From positions 114,398,257-114,462,256 of the forward strand of contig NC_090375.1 in the NCBI RefSeq assembly GCF_036365525.1: DNA of 64,000 nucleotides, written 5' to 3'. Below are positions 34,101 through 49,100 of the stretch, piece by piece. The DNA comes from Heterodontus francisci (Eukaryota). The notes beneath the pieces are model-generated. The model was not told the origin of the DNA. It searched no databases and worked only from the letters and a program-made list of their open reading frames with translations. The position numbers and the translations under genes are program-made. The first letter of the stretch is position 1; each line of letters starts with the position of its first letter.

Positions 34101-37100
34101 ATTTTGAGGGCATGAGAATAAAACTTGGGAAAATAAAATGGACAACAATATTGGCAAACAATGACGTTGACTAGCAATGGGAAACAATTAACACAGTGTT
34201 CAACAGAGCCCAGGAAAAACATACTCTGCTAAAAAGCAAAAAAAAAACCTAAACACGAATGAGACATTATAGATGAATAGACACAAGGAAAAAATTGAGG
34301 GTAAGGAAAGAGGCATACCCTATGTACATGGACAGCAGGGACGGGCAAGACAAGGGAGAATACAAAGAGATTAGGAGAAAAGCCAAAAAAAATTAGGTAG
34401 GCAAAGAGCAACCATGAAATTAAATTATCAAGGAACATAAAACAAAATACTGATGTATTCTACAGGCATATAAATAAAAAAAATGGAAAGTCTGTATGAG
34501 AATAGAGCCACTAAGGGATGGACAGGATAAAATCACAGGCAGCAATAACAAAATGGCAGAAATATTAATTACTTTTATTCAGTATTTACTAGGGAGACAG
34601 ATCAGGTGGACGTGACATTAGAAGATTAGATTAGAAATGATATAACTGCATTTAAAATAAAGAGGAGAAATATTAAATCAGTTAATCAAACTCAAAGAGG
34701 ATAAAGTGCTACTATGGACGGTTGCATTGTCAAAATACATGTGACGGAGCCGTACAAACTGGGAGAATGGAATAGAGTCCTTACAGGAAGCGGGGTGTGA
34801 GGAAGTGTAGTCAAGGAAACTGTGGGAGTCAGTGAGCTTATAGTGAATATTGGTTGATAGCCTAGTCCCAGAAATGGAGAGAGAGAAGTCAAGGAAGGGA
34901 AGGGAAGAGTCAGAGATGGACCATGTGAAGGTGAGGGAATGGTGGAAATTGGAAGCAAAGGTCAATGAGATTTTTCAGTTCTGGGCAAGAGCAGGAAATG
35001 GAACCAAAAGAGATGGGGGAGGAGGCCTGAGTAGGACTGGAACAAAGAATGCTCGACATATCCCACAAAAAGGCAGGCATAGCTAGGACCCATGCAGGTA
35101 CCCATAGCAACAGCTTTTATTTGGAGGAAGTGAGTGAAGTTGAAGGAGAAGTTGTTCAAAGTGAGAACAAGTTCAGCCAGGTGGAGGAGGGTGGTGGTGG
35201 ATGGGAACTGTTTGGGCCTCGGTTTAAGGAAGAAGCGGACAGTCCATAGACTGTCCTGGTAGGGGATGGAGGTGTAGAGGGATTGGATGTCCATGGTGAA
35301 AAGGAGCCTGGAAGCTGGAAACTATTAAAGTGACAGAGGGCATCGGAAGAGTCACGATGTAGGTGGGAAGAGACCGGACAAGAGGAGAAAAAATAGAGTC
35401 AAAATAGGAAGAAATCAGTTCAGTGGGGCAGGAACAGGCTGAAATGATAGGTTTACCAGGGTAAACCTGTTTGTGGATCGTTTGGAAGGAGGTAGAATTG
35501 GGCTGTTTGGGGTTGGAGGCCATGGAGGGAAGATGTCCAGAGGAGATGCTGCCCTGTTGAGATCAGCTAGCGCAACACCGATTAAGGATAAAACCTGAGA
35601 CCCTCCTGATCTGTAAGGCTCAGTACTACCCCGATCAAAACTTACCCATTGCTCTCCTTTCTAAAATAATTAAAGAAGTTGTATCATTTGTTTAATCTTT
35701 TGGAGTGTATTATACTGACATACTGTTTGGTTTTGAGTTGGTCATTCTGTACTTTTTGAAATGTTATTAGCTTCAAGGAAGCAATAACATTTGCTCGGCA
35801 AGAACAGTTTGATGCATATGTTGCTGTTGGAGGTGGATCCGTGATGGACACGTGCAAAGTGGCTAACCTGTACGCCTGCAGTCCTGATGCTGAATTCTTT
35901 GACTACGTCAATGCACCAATAGGGAAAGGAAAACCTGTTACCATTAGTCTCTGTCCTTTGATAGCAGGTGGGTTCATGCAGAAGATGTTTTAATAATGGA
36001 GTTGTTTGAATTGTGCCATTGGTAGCTTTCTGCATGGCATATGAATTGTGATCACAGTCTGCCGGTAGAATTTGAGTTTAGAGGGGGATCAGTATAAGTG
36101 AGAAGTGTTGATTGGCACATCTAATTCCCAGCATGACTGTACCGAGTGCAATTATTTCAAAAGAATGATACTGATTGATTTAAACATTTGAGAACATTTA
36201 AATTGTCATAAAAAACCCAGTTTCTTTATTTCCAAATACAAACATTTAACCCTGCTGTAAATGTATCAACCTATACTGTTGATTAAGCATTTATTATAGT
36301 GTGTAATCTATTTTCATTATATAGTCCGTATATTCTTAATTGCCAACACCTAATTTAATTTTTGTCCCTTCAACTTCTAGTGAAGCTACAAATATGAGAG
36401 CATTCAGATTGTGGACTGAATGGCTGTAGGAAGGGGAGTTTGACCAGTTTTCAGAAAGATAATATACTCTCCATTCTGTACTGTGCCAACCTGGATGGAA
36501 ATTGGAATTATTTGCAGACAGATAAACAGTTGAAAACGGACAGAAAGTTTTTATCTCCACATCTCTTCGCTCCCAATCCACTCTACCCCTGCTTCCCTCT
36601 CACCCCTCCTCCATCTCTCCCTCTTGCCTACATCTATCCCTCTTCCCTTAACTTCTCCTTCCCCTCCTTAACCTCCCCTCCCTTCCATTTCTATCCATTC
36701 CTCTCCCTCTCTTCTCCACTTCCCCTCTGTCCCCACATTACTTCCTTCCAGCCTATTTCTCTTCTCTACTTTTCTCTTTACCCCTCCTAACCTTTACTCA
36801 GCCCTGCTCTCCTGAAAAGTGCTCTTAGTCTTGACTACCCATGTACAATGCCTTGAGAGATTGACCAGTAACTAATTGTCAAAAATGCTCTTTCCATATA
36901 ATGTAGTAACATAACAGTATTGGCACAGGTCCCATTATAAAACTGCCACTCATCAATGAACGCAAAGATCTACATTGCATATATATGTCATCACACACCT
37001 TGCATGCTGATGTCACTAGCATGACATGCACATCTAAGAATCCGCCAAAGGCAGGGAAATTCTCATTTTGAAGGCCAGAATCAGACATTTTTTTTTAACC

Positions 37101-40100
37101 AATATACTAAACTGAACATATTTTGGTAGAATTTGGTAAAAACTGATTTTAAAGGCCTGTAATTGAAAGTGGCATATATTTCTGTATGGAGTGGATGATT
37201 CTGACTGGCAAAAATAGTTTTAACAGTTGGTAGCATTCTCACCTCTGAGTCAGAAGATTGAGTATTCAGGTTCCACTCCAGATATTTGAGCATATAATCT
37301 AGGCTGACATTACAGTGCTGTACTGAAGGACTGCTGTACTGTTGGAAGTACTGTCTTTTGAATGAGACATTAAACCGAGGTCCTGTCTGCCGTCTCAAGT
37401 GGAAGTAAAACATCCCACGGCACTATTTTGAAGAACAGGGGTGTTTTTCCCAGTATCTGGCCAATATCTATCCCTCAACCAACATCACAAAAAACAGATT
37501 ATCTGGTCATTATCACTTTGCTGTTTGTGGGAGCTTATTGTGCATAAATTGGTTGCAGCAATTCCAACATTGTAACAGCGACTACATTTCAAAAGTACTT
37601 AATTAACTGTAAAGCACTTTGGGACATCCTAAGGTCATGATAGGTGTTATATAAATGCAAGTCTTTTTTTTAACTATTGACATTAAGGGGGTAATTTTAA
37701 CCCTCACAGCACGTGAGTTTGATTTAGGTGGGAGATTAAAAAGTTTAAAATTTTAAACTGGAACCAAATCCACCCACTTCCGGTTTTAACAGAGACAGGA
37801 CAAGGGACAGGCAACCAGTCCACTCGGAGGAGGTGAGTTGGCTGTTGCAGTCCTTTAAGGACATTGTGTGCCTTTATTTTAACATTGATTCTATTTTTAA
37901 GCTTGGTTGTCTGGGTTTCCCTGGCCTCAGGAATCCTGGCAGGTAAAAGGAAGCGAGAAGGACTGCATTTATGAGGTATGTGCCTTTACAGCACTGGTTG
38001 TGAGCCAGGAAGAGCAGGAGTGTTTCCCTCTGGCCCAGCCAGCTTACCTGTAAACCTTGACCCCTCACCCCATGATCTGTCTGCGCCCCACCCAGCACCA
38101 TCTTCCCCTCGCCCCCTCCACTGTGATCAGAGCCCCCACCACCATCTGCTCCCCCCACCCTGCAGCACCATCTTCCCCTTGCCCCCTCCACTGTGATCGG
38201 CTCCCCCTCTACCATCTACTCCCCCCAGTCCAGCTTCCACCCCACCCGCAATGATTTTCCCCATCCCCCCACTAGACACACAATAGCAATATCTCCCTAT
38301 CTGCTCCTCCGCTGTGTCCTTCTGCTGCAGGCTTTCCCACCTGACAAGCAGCCAGCCTGTCAATCACGCTTCCATCGGGCATGAAAATGACATATAAATT
38401 TAAATAAATCAGTTTATATTTAAATAGTTTAAATTAAGAAATTACAAGATGCTCTGCAGTTAAAAACTTCTGTGTTTCCCGTCCATGACTGCTCCCTTGC
38501 CCTTTCACATTACACATTTTGGAGGTAATATTGAGGCCTAAATGTTATAAATTTGTACTTTTTGTTGATCAGACAAAAGAATGTTTTAAATATCATGTTT
38601 TTGTAATCATTACAGATCTTAACGCAAAAAAAGAAATACTTGCATTTCTTTCACGACCTTAGGAAGTCTTAAACTGCTTTACAGCCAATTCAGTATTTTT
38701 TTGAATTGTAATCATTGTTGAATTCTTACATTACAATCTTGAGATTGAATGAATGTTAAAACTATATGGAAAGCCAAAAATACAGCTCTTTACTAATTAT
38801 GTTATATATTTTGTTATTTTTCCTAGTTCCCACTACAGCTGGCACTGGAAGTGAGACCACAGGTGTGGCGATATTTGACTATGAAGCTATGAAAGTTAAA
38901 ACAGGTATAAGTAAATAACCAAGACAATGCAAATTGTGGTGAGGTGGGTCTTTCCTGTGTTAATATAATGAGGGTACTCTTAAATAATTATAGCACACAA
39001 CTCAGATTGGTAGCACCTGTATTTTGTGCGCTAGGAGCACCCTTAGAGGTCCTAAATGGCGTGCATGTGCACTTTTGGTGCAAGTCGCACCAGATGCAGC
39101 TTTTGGTTAGGCTGTTAGCATGTGCAATGAATGTCTCCGAAAGTATGTAGAGCAGGCAGATCACAACATCAGATCAGAGTGGAACACTAATTTGACACCA
39201 GTGCTGCCGTTTTGGAGCTCAGTGCTCCAGCAATGCCCTCTCTTAGTCAAGTACAGCTGAACATATGTTCAGCAACAGAGAAGGACCCTCCCACCAATAA
39301 TATTTAAAGAGATCATCAACTCCTTGCAGCTTAGTTGCTGATTGATTTCTACTGTGCAACAATTGTACAAGTGTTTGTTACTATCTACTATCTTTAAAGT
39401 TGCTGAAGTCTACAGGGAGTGGTATGGAAGGTGCTGAAGGATTTTGTCCTGACTTCAAGGCTTCTATTCAAACCAGTTGCTCCCAGGCACAGATGGGGCA
39501 GTTTGTATCCCCCTTGGAATACAGCTTGACGGGGACAATGAGCAGAAGCAGCACAAATCAAGGCAAGCTGCTAAAAGAGAGAGAAGGAGGATGGGGAGCA
39601 GGGCTGTCAGCAGGAGGCCATATCAACCCAGTGTATTCAGGGAGCAATTCTCCCACTTGAATCTCAGCAAGAAACAAGGTGTGAGACATCTGTGCTTCAG
39701 TAAGGACATTCTCACTGAAATCTGCCACCTGCTGTAGTCACAACTGCAACCTCAGAGCAGGGCAAGGACTACATTGCAAATGGCAATGAAGGTGACCGTG
39801 GTAATGAATATCCATGCATCGGGCTCCTTCCAGACTTCCAGCTGGAGATATTTGCAACATCTCGTAGTTTGCTGTCCACTGTTGCATAAGAGAGGTCACT
39901 GAGGCTGTCTACTCTATGGGTGGAATCTTACCAGCCCCGAGGAGGAGGCTGGGGTGGGGGGGTGATGCGGGTGAGCATGGGAATTTGAGACACCGCGTGT
40001 CAGGTCTGTTCCCTTACATGTTCCTGCCTCCAGGAGATCTTCCTGGGAGTGGATTCCCTGTGGCAATGGCTGCCCACCTGTCTGCAGTGGACAGCCAATC

Positions 40101-43100
40101 AAGGTATTTAAAATTACAATTTGCCCTTAATTTCAATGCAGTGCTATCTTATGGGAGGCATGTGGACCCCGCACAGGGTCAGGAGTCCAGTAGGACATCA
40201 GAGGCAGCCTCACAGCTGAAGGTCAAAAGAGTCTCGGAGGCTGATTTCCATGCCACTATCTTAGAGCCGCAAGGCTGAAATGGACACAGCCGTAGCCAAA
40301 ATCGTTCTTATCGAGGGGCTCCCCCTCCACACTGACAGTATGAAAGCACTGGGCCTTCATTTTTAATAAACTTTTCAGAGGAGAGAAGTTTCTGCCCAAT
40401 GAGAGCTAACAATATTTTATACTGTCTTGCTGGAGAGCAGCAGGCACTGCGAGCACATGACTTTGGGGGGATTGCAGGCATTCCCATGGGCAGGGTTCCA
40501 TTACCTGCACTTGCATTGCTTTGCAAGTGTCGCTTGTCAATTGTCAGATGTATCACAACTGAAAGAGATTCCACTCCCTTAACATCCAGTTGGTGTTTGA
40601 CCATAAACAGCAAATCATGAAGGTTAATACCCAATATCCTGGCAGCTTTCATGATGCCTGCTTCTGCGGTAATCAGCTGCGGCTTCTGCATTTGAGCCAC
40701 CACAATAAACCAAAGGGTAACTACTGGGAGACAAGGGCTGTGAACTGATGACATGGCTGATGATTCCGACGTGCACGGCCTGCATACAATTAAAGCCTAT
40801 GGTGCCACATGAAATGTGATAGAGCAGACCAGTAAGTTTGCTGAAACGATGCCTCTGTCGCATGGACTGCTCTGGAGAAGCCCTGCTGTACTCGGCAGAG
40901 CAGGCGTTAAAATTTGTGGTGCTCTGCTGCATGCTCCACAGCCTTGTCATTGTGAAGGGAAAGCATTTACCACCAACTATACAGTAACCAGCTGATGAGC
41001 CAAAGGGAGGAGGCAACCTAGATAACCATTTACTACCTGGGCTGTCAGTGAACAACTCACCTGACTGCAATACCAGTAAACTCAATCCCAGTTCTCCATT
41101 TCCTGACAGTCTCACACTTTACCTTCCCTCTGTCACTGAACATAGAATCCACTTGGCCACAATAGAAAAATTAAAAACCCAAAATAAACATTAAAAAACT
41201 AATTTATAAATTAAATCATGCTAAATTATATATAAGCATAAAGTATTTACCATTGTGCATTCCCTTACTGCCTGTCTTCCATGTGCCTTTGACTGTCCTA
41301 CTGCTCCTACACAGTGCTACCCCAGTGGCCACAGCATGGCTGGTTGGAAGGCTGTTGATTGTCATTGTGGGAGGGGCTGCATAAGCCTTGGAGGATGACC
41401 TCGAGCAGCTCTGGGCTTAGAATGCCAGGCTTTGGACTGCACCATCTTGGCACGGGTGGCAGTAGTCTGGCCTGACTGGCAACAGCAAGGGCTTTGGCAG
41501 AGCGGCAGTGGTGGGAGCCAGATGCTCTCTTTGAGAGGACAGCAGATTCATCCTCTGTGGAGCCACTGCTGCTCACCCAGGGCGGCATCTCAGCAATCCT
41601 AGTAATCTGTTGGAGGACTGATTGCTGGATTGCTGTGACACTCTGCACACTGGAATCCACAGCCATGATGATAGCAGTCTGAGCTTCATTACAGTATGCT
41701 GAGCTTCCACTGCAGCACCCAGACGTTGTGTGGCTGCTGTTTGTGCTGCAATGGAGGCTGAGATGTCGGCCATCAGACACTGCATCATGGTTTGTTGCTA
41801 AGTGTGCTAATAGAGTTAGCCATGATTTCCATGCTGGAAAGGATGGGCTCCAAGCTTTGCTCAAGGGCCTGTACAAAGTTGGTTCTGAACTCCACCATAT
41901 TCCTTGACATTGACCACAGGCATTCTGGCAGACCTCGCAATGCACCAAGCATTTCATTGTGCATATCCATCAACCTTCTTCTATAGGCCGCCCCATCAAA
42001 GTCCTCATCTGAGACCTCTGCAGCAGAACTTGTGTGTCCTCACCCTCCAGCGAGCTGACACCTGTGCTACTTTTGACCCCTATCTTGGGTGAGACCACTC
42101 ATGCCCTGCGTCTCACCATGTGCACATCTCCATGCTGTAATCTATATTACATGCAGTGTCATTATTTGATTTGATGCCTACAAGTGTGAAATTGCGTGAT
42201 AGTGTTTCTTCTTCATTAGTGTCTACTTTCTGTTCCAACACTGACTTGCCAGGTGACAGTTCCTTGGTATCTGAAAGGAGAAAGGCACAAGGGTAAAGGT
42301 GTGGGGTGAAGTGGGGGTAAACCAGAGTTGCATGCTTACACCATCTGTTACTTGTAAATCAGAAGAGATTGCTGGATGAGGGAGAAGGAGGATTTGGTAA
42401 GTATATACCATCATCTTCTGAGATGATAACTGCTTCATCTACCAACTCCCTTTTGGCCCGCAGATCCTTCCAGGTGTTCTCTTCCAGATCAGTGCCCATC
42501 CTTCCTACAACTCCATTTGAATCTCTGCTATCTGTTTTCCACCCTCCAGTATCACTGACCCAGCTCTAACCAGAGCCACTAACAATGTTTTCTGTGACTA
42601 TGCGTAGAGGATTATTCCTCCTTTCATTCTCTTTTTGCTCCCCCTGCAAAAAAGAAATTTGAGGAAACAAGTGATTATTTTTGTCACTGATGTAATGCAT
42701 TATAAAATATGACTCTATTCTCCTTGGTTTCGATTTGCATAATTCTAACCAAAGGAGTAAGGACATGCAGCCATGCATGCCCCCCGCCAGTTAGCAGCTG
42801 CTGCAACCTATTACGGGCCACCTTGTCCTGCAAGCAAGAGGGAAGTGTATCAGTGAGTGTGGTGCAATGTGTTTGGGTGATGTGGCTGTCATGATTGAAT
42901 AGCTCACAATGTGTGCAAGCTGTGAGATGTGGGGGGTGTGAGGCTTTAAGTAATGCAGGTTAGCTTTAACAGGTGCTAGTCTCTCACGATTTTGGGCCCC
43001 TTGCTAAGGCAGCAGCCACTCAACAATGCAGTTAATGCTGGCTGCATGCTACAATCATGGTAATGGGCAGGCAGCATGAAGTTGGCATGATGCCCGCATT

Positions 43101-46100
43101 TCATTGAACAAGGGTAATTGCACACTAGGAGCCCCGCACCTATTTTCGGCGATGTCCAATTTACCCTCCTCAAAGTCTCCTTTGTTTTAAGAACATAAGA
43201 AGTAGGAGCAGGAGTAGGCCATTTGACCCCTTGATCCTGCTCCGCCATTCAATAAGTTCAAAGCTGAGCTTCTACATTGTCTCCACTTTCCTGCCCTATC
43301 TCTATATTCCTTGATCCCCTTAGCGCCCAAAAATCTATCAATCTTAGCCTTGAAGATGCTTATCAACTGAGTATCCACAGCCTTCTGGGGTAGAGAATTC
43401 CAAAGATTCACAATTCTTTGAGCGAAGAAGTTTCGCATCATCTCAGTCCTAAAAGGCTGAACTCTTATGTGAGACTATGACCCCCCAGTTCTAGATTCTC
43501 TAGCTAGGGGAAATAGCCTCACAAAGGACTTGACAGGATAGATGCTAAGAATTCTATACATTTCAATGAGATTACACCTCATTCTTCGAAACTCCAGAGA
43601 ATGTAGAATCATTTATGGTACAGAAGGAGGCCATTCTGCCTATCGAGTCCATGCCAGCTCTTCACAGAGCTATTCAGTCAGTCCCACACCCCATTCCATC
43701 CTCGTAGCCCTGCAACTCTATTTCTTCCAAGTGGCCATCCAATTTCCTTTCTGAAATCATTTATTGTCTTTGCTTCCACCATCCTTGTGGGCAGCGTGTC
43801 CAGATCATTGCCACCACTACATTAAAAAATCTTCCTCCTATTCCCCCTGCATCTTGTGCCCAAAGCCTTAAATCTGTGTGCCCTTGTCCTTGTTTCATTA
43901 ATTAATGGGAACAGTTTTTTCTTGTCTAACTTATTTAAGCCTGTTATAATCTTGTACAGCTCTACTAAATCTCTCCTTTGTTCTAAGGAGAACAACCTCA
44001 GTTTGTCCACCGAACCTTGTAACTGAAATCATCCATTCATGGAACCATTCTGGTTTATCTCCTCTGCACCCTCTCAAGGACCCTCACATCCTTCCTAAAG
44101 TGTGGTGATCAGACTGGATGCAATACACCAGTTGGGGCCAAACCAGAGCTTTATAAAGGTTCAGCATAACATTGCTTTTGTACTCAATGCCTCTGTTTAT
44201 GAAGCCCAAGATCCCATATGATTTAATAACCACTCTCTCAACATGTCCTGCCACCTTCAAAGATCAATGCACGTGAACCCCCCGGTCCCTCTGTTCCTGC
44301 CCACTCTTTAGAACTGTGCCATTAAGAATATATTGCCTCTCCCTATTCCTTCTGCCAAAATGTATCACCTCACACTTGTCAGTATTAAATTCCAACTGCT
44401 ATCTCTCTGCCTATTCTGCTAGCCTATCTATGTCCCGTTGTAGGCAGTTCATATCATCCTCAATGTTTGCCACATTGCCAAATTTGGTGTCATCAGCAAA
44501 TTTTGAGATTCCACTCAATCTCTCCTCAATTTCGCACTGGTGTAACATTGCCTGTTTGTATAAGTGGCTTTGTTGGAAATTCAAGCTCATTTACTAAATT
44601 GGAAAACACAGCCTACACTACATTTTCATGTACCTTCATGTATTAAGATCTGTTCAGCTTCCAGAAAAGGCTTTTAGCTTTAAGGAAATTGTGTAGTTTT
44701 TATTGTTAATGCACCTTCCTCAAAGTATTTAAATTTTTTTTAATAGATTGTAATTTCATTTAGGGACTTATACATTTGTTAACTGCAAATTTTTTTAAAT
44801 CTATCCTTGATAATTCTTGATTATACTCGGTCCTTTCAGCTAAGTCATTGATGTAGATTGTAAACAGCTGGGGCCCAAGCACTGATCCTTGTGGCACTCC
44901 ACTAGTTACACTCTACCATCTCAAAAATACCTGTTTGTACCCACTCTCTGTTTTCTGTCCATTAAACAATCCTCAATCCATGCTAATATATTACCACAAT
45001 CACATGAGCCCTCATCTTCTGTAAGAACCTCTTGTGTGGTATCTTTTCGAAAGTCTTCTGAAATCCAAATATGTTACATCCACTGGTTTCCATCTTACCT
45101 GCCCTGCTAGCCAAAAAGGTCAGAAGCTAGGCCAGGACCAGTTTTGCTGGGAATCAGCCTTCCTCCAGAGTTTTCTTCAGTTGCCTATTGAGAGCTCCAA
45201 TACACTCCTAATTTGGGCACCTCCATCGGATTTTGCCATTTCACAATGGCAGACCCCCTACAGGCAGCCCTAGTTGTGTATATGCTTGCCAAAGGCGGGG
45301 AAATGAGGTAACCTCTCTGTCCCCAGAAAGTACAGCAGAGACCATGGCAGAGGTTTCTAGAGGGCGCAGGTCTGACTTAAATTCTGGGCCCATGGACTTT
45401 CAGGGCTATTATGCTAGATTTTTATCATGGTGGTGGCAATTATTATTATTATATTTGTTCCCTGTTCGTATTAGTAAATCTCAATATTGACGAGCAGAGG
45501 CAATTCTAGTTTTTTCACCAAATATGTCATAGAGTCAAGAAATCTATTTTTAAGCAGTAAAACTAGATAGTTTTGTTTTGGTACTGTCTGCTAAATGTTA
45601 TCTTTTAGGTATTGCCAGCAGGGTTCTGAAACCAGTCCTTGGAATAGTGGATCCTTTGCACACACTGCACATGCCTGAACGAGTGGCAGCTTACAGTGGA
45701 TTTGATGTACTTTGGTAAGTAGCTTTATCAGTGTAAATATTTATGTCTCATCGTCGAGAATTTCTTCAGAGCTACTACTTCTCCACTGCCGTAACTTTGC
45801 TGAATGTGTGGGGGAAATCCTGTTTCTCATCACACTTCTGTCAGATTTACAGCTGGAGAAGCTCTGAGGAAATTGCCGGCCAAGGTTGCAAAAGTTTAAA
45901 TAATAGAAGGAATAAAATCCCTTTGTAGAAATTTAACTATATCTGTAATTATTTAACATAGTTGGATAATTTTCTTAGCTGCTGAGAGGATGTTTCCCCT
46001 TGTGGGGAATCTAGAACTAGGGGGCACAGTTTCAGAATAAGGGGTCTCCCATTGAAGACGGAGATGAGGAAGAATTTCTTCTCTCAGCGGGTTGTTAATC

Positions 46101-49100
46101 TTTGGAATTCTGTACCCCAGAGAGCAGAGGAGGCTGTGTCATTGAATATAATCAGGGCTGAGTTAAACAGATTTTTGATCTACAAGGGAGTGACGGGTTA
46201 TGGGTGGGGGGGTTGCAGGCTGGAAAGTGGAGTTAAGGCCATAATCAGATCAGCCATGATCGGATTGAATGGCGGAGCAGGCTGAAGAGGCTGAATGGTC
46301 TACTCCTGCTCCGATTTCTTGTGGTCTTAGGATCTTATTAATTTGATTAGCTCTGAGTTTTTTTTATCATTTTGACAGATTAATTTGAAAATACGCATCT
46401 TTTTAATGTGCATCCGAATTTTCCACATACTCATTTGTGGCATTGTTTTAGTTTGAAATAGTTCCCTTACTGTGGGCAGGTGGTCTGAGAGTCACTTGCG
46501 TGCTGTTGACTGGCCCCAGGACATTCAGAGAGCTCACACTTGATAAAAATTACATTTAACTACCTCTTCGAGCTTCACTGACCAAGGAAACCAGATAGAA
46601 AACCCTATTCACTTTATGTACACTTAATCAAAATATGGGAATTCAGCTGCTAAAACTTCAGACTATTGGAAGTAGTGGTATTGTCACTGGACTAGTAACC
46701 CAGAGACCCAGGGTATTGCTCTGGGGACATGGGTTCAAATCCTACCACAGCAGAAGGTGAAATTTGAATTCAATTAATAAATCTGGAATTAAAAGCTAGT
46801 CTAATGATGGCCATGAAACCATTGTCAATTGTTGTAAAAACCCCTCTGGTTCACTAATGTTCTTTAGGGAAGGAAATCTGCTGTCCTTACCTGGTCTGGC
46901 CTACATGTGACTCCAGACACACAGCAGTGTGGTTGACTCTTACACGCCCTCTGAAATGGCCTAGCAAGCCACTCAGTTGTACCTAACCGCAATAAAGTCA
47001 ATAAAAAGGAATGAAACCGGACGGACCACCTCGGCACCAGAAATGACAAAGGCAAACCCAGCCCTGTCAACCCTGCAAAGTCCTCCTTACTAACATCTGG
47101 GGGCTTGTGCCAAAGTTAGGAGAGCTGTCCCACAGACCAGTAAAGCAACAGCCTAACATAGTCATACTCACGGAATCATACCTGACAGACAATGTCCCAG
47201 ACACTGCCATCACCATCCCTGGGTATGTCCTGTCCCACCCGCAGGACAGACCCAGCAGAGGTGGTGGCACAGTGGTATACAGTAAGGAGGGAGTTGCCCT
47301 GGGAGTCCTCAACATCGACTGCAGACCCCATGAAGTCTCATGGCATCAGGTCAAACATGGACAAGGAAACCTCTTGCTGATTACCACCTCCCTCCCTCAG
47401 CTGATGACTCAGTACTCCTCCATGTTGAACAGCACTTGGAGGAAGCATTGAGGGTAGCAAGGGCACAGAACGTACTCTGGGTGGGGGACTTCAATGCCCA
47501 TCACCAAGAGTGGCTCAATAGCACCACTACTGACCGAGCTGGCCGAGTCCTAAAGGACATATCTGCTAGACTGGGTATGTGTCAGGTCGTGAGGGAACCA
47601 GCAAGAGGGGAAAACATACTTGACCTCGTCCTCACCAATCTGCCTGCCGCAGATGCGCCTGTCCATGACAGTATTGGTAGGAGTGACCACCGCACAGTCA
47701 TTGTGGAGACCAAGTCCCGTCTTCACATTGAGGATACCCTCCTTCGTGTTGTGTGGCACTACCACTGTGCTAAATGGGATAGATTTCAAACAGATCTAGC
47801 AATGCAAAACTGGGCATCCATGAGGCACTGTGGGCCATCAGCAGCAGCAGAATTGTACTCAACCACAATCTGTAACCTCATGGCCCGGCATATCCCCCGC
47901 TCTACCATTACCATCAAGCCAGGAGACCAACCCTGGTTCAATGAAGAGTGCAGGAGGGCATGCCAGGAGCAGCACCAGGCATACCTCAAAATGATGTGTC
48001 AACCTGGTGAAGCTACAACACAGGACTATCTGCATGCCAAACTGCATAAGCAGCATACGATAGACAGAGCTAAGTGATCCCATAACCAATGGATCAGATC
48101 TAAGCTCTGCAGTCCTGCCACATCCAGCCATGAATGGTGGTGGACAATTAAACAACTAACTGGAGGAGGTGGCTCCACAAATATCCCCATCCTCAATGAT
48201 GCGGGAGCCCAGCACATCATGCGAAAGACAAGGCTGAAGCATTTGCAACAATAATCAGCCAGAAGTGCCGAGTTGATGATCCATCTCGACCTCCTCCTGA
48301 AGTCCCCAGCATCACAGATGCCAGACTTTAGCCAATTCGATTCACTCCGTGTGAAATCAAGAAACGACTGAAGGCACCGGATACTGCAAAGGCTATGGGC
48401 CCTGACAATATTCCGGCAATAATACTGAAGACCTTTGCTCCAGAACTTGCCACGCTCCTAGCCAAGGTGTTCCAGTACAGCTACAACACTGGCATCTACC
48501 TAGCATTGTGGAAAATTGCCCAGGTATGTCCTGTACACAAAAAGCAGGACAAGTCCAACCCAGCCAATTACCGCCCCATCAGTCTACTCTCACTCATCAG
48601 TAAAGTGATGGAAGGTGTCATCAACAGTGCCACCAAGCGGCACTTGCTTAGCAATAACCTGCTCAGTTTGGGTTCCGCCAGGGCCACTCGGCTCCTGACC
48701 TCATTACAGCCTTGGTTCAAACATGGACAAAATAGCTGAACTCAAGAGGTGAGGTGAGAGTGACTGCCCTTGACATGAAGGCGGCATTTGACCGAGTATG
48801 GCACCTAGGACCCCTAGCAAAACTGAGGTCAATGGGAATCGGGGGGAAAACCCTCCGCTGGCTGGAGTCATACTTAGCTCAAAGGAAGATGGTTGTGGTT
48901 GTTGGAAGTCAATCATCTGAGCTCCAGGACATCACTGCAGCAGTTCCTCAGGGTGGTGTCCTTAGGCCCAACCATCTTCAGCTGCTTCACCAATGACCTT
49001 CCTTCAATCATAAGGTCAGAAGTGGGGATGTTCTCTGATGATTGCACAATGTTCAGCACCATTCGTGATTCCTCAGATACTGAAGCAGTCCGTGTAGAAA

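Noticed and set aside
38085-38245. Repeat-spacer-like pattern
   Set aside because: Simple C-rich tandem duplication in a eukaryotic intron; not CRISPR.
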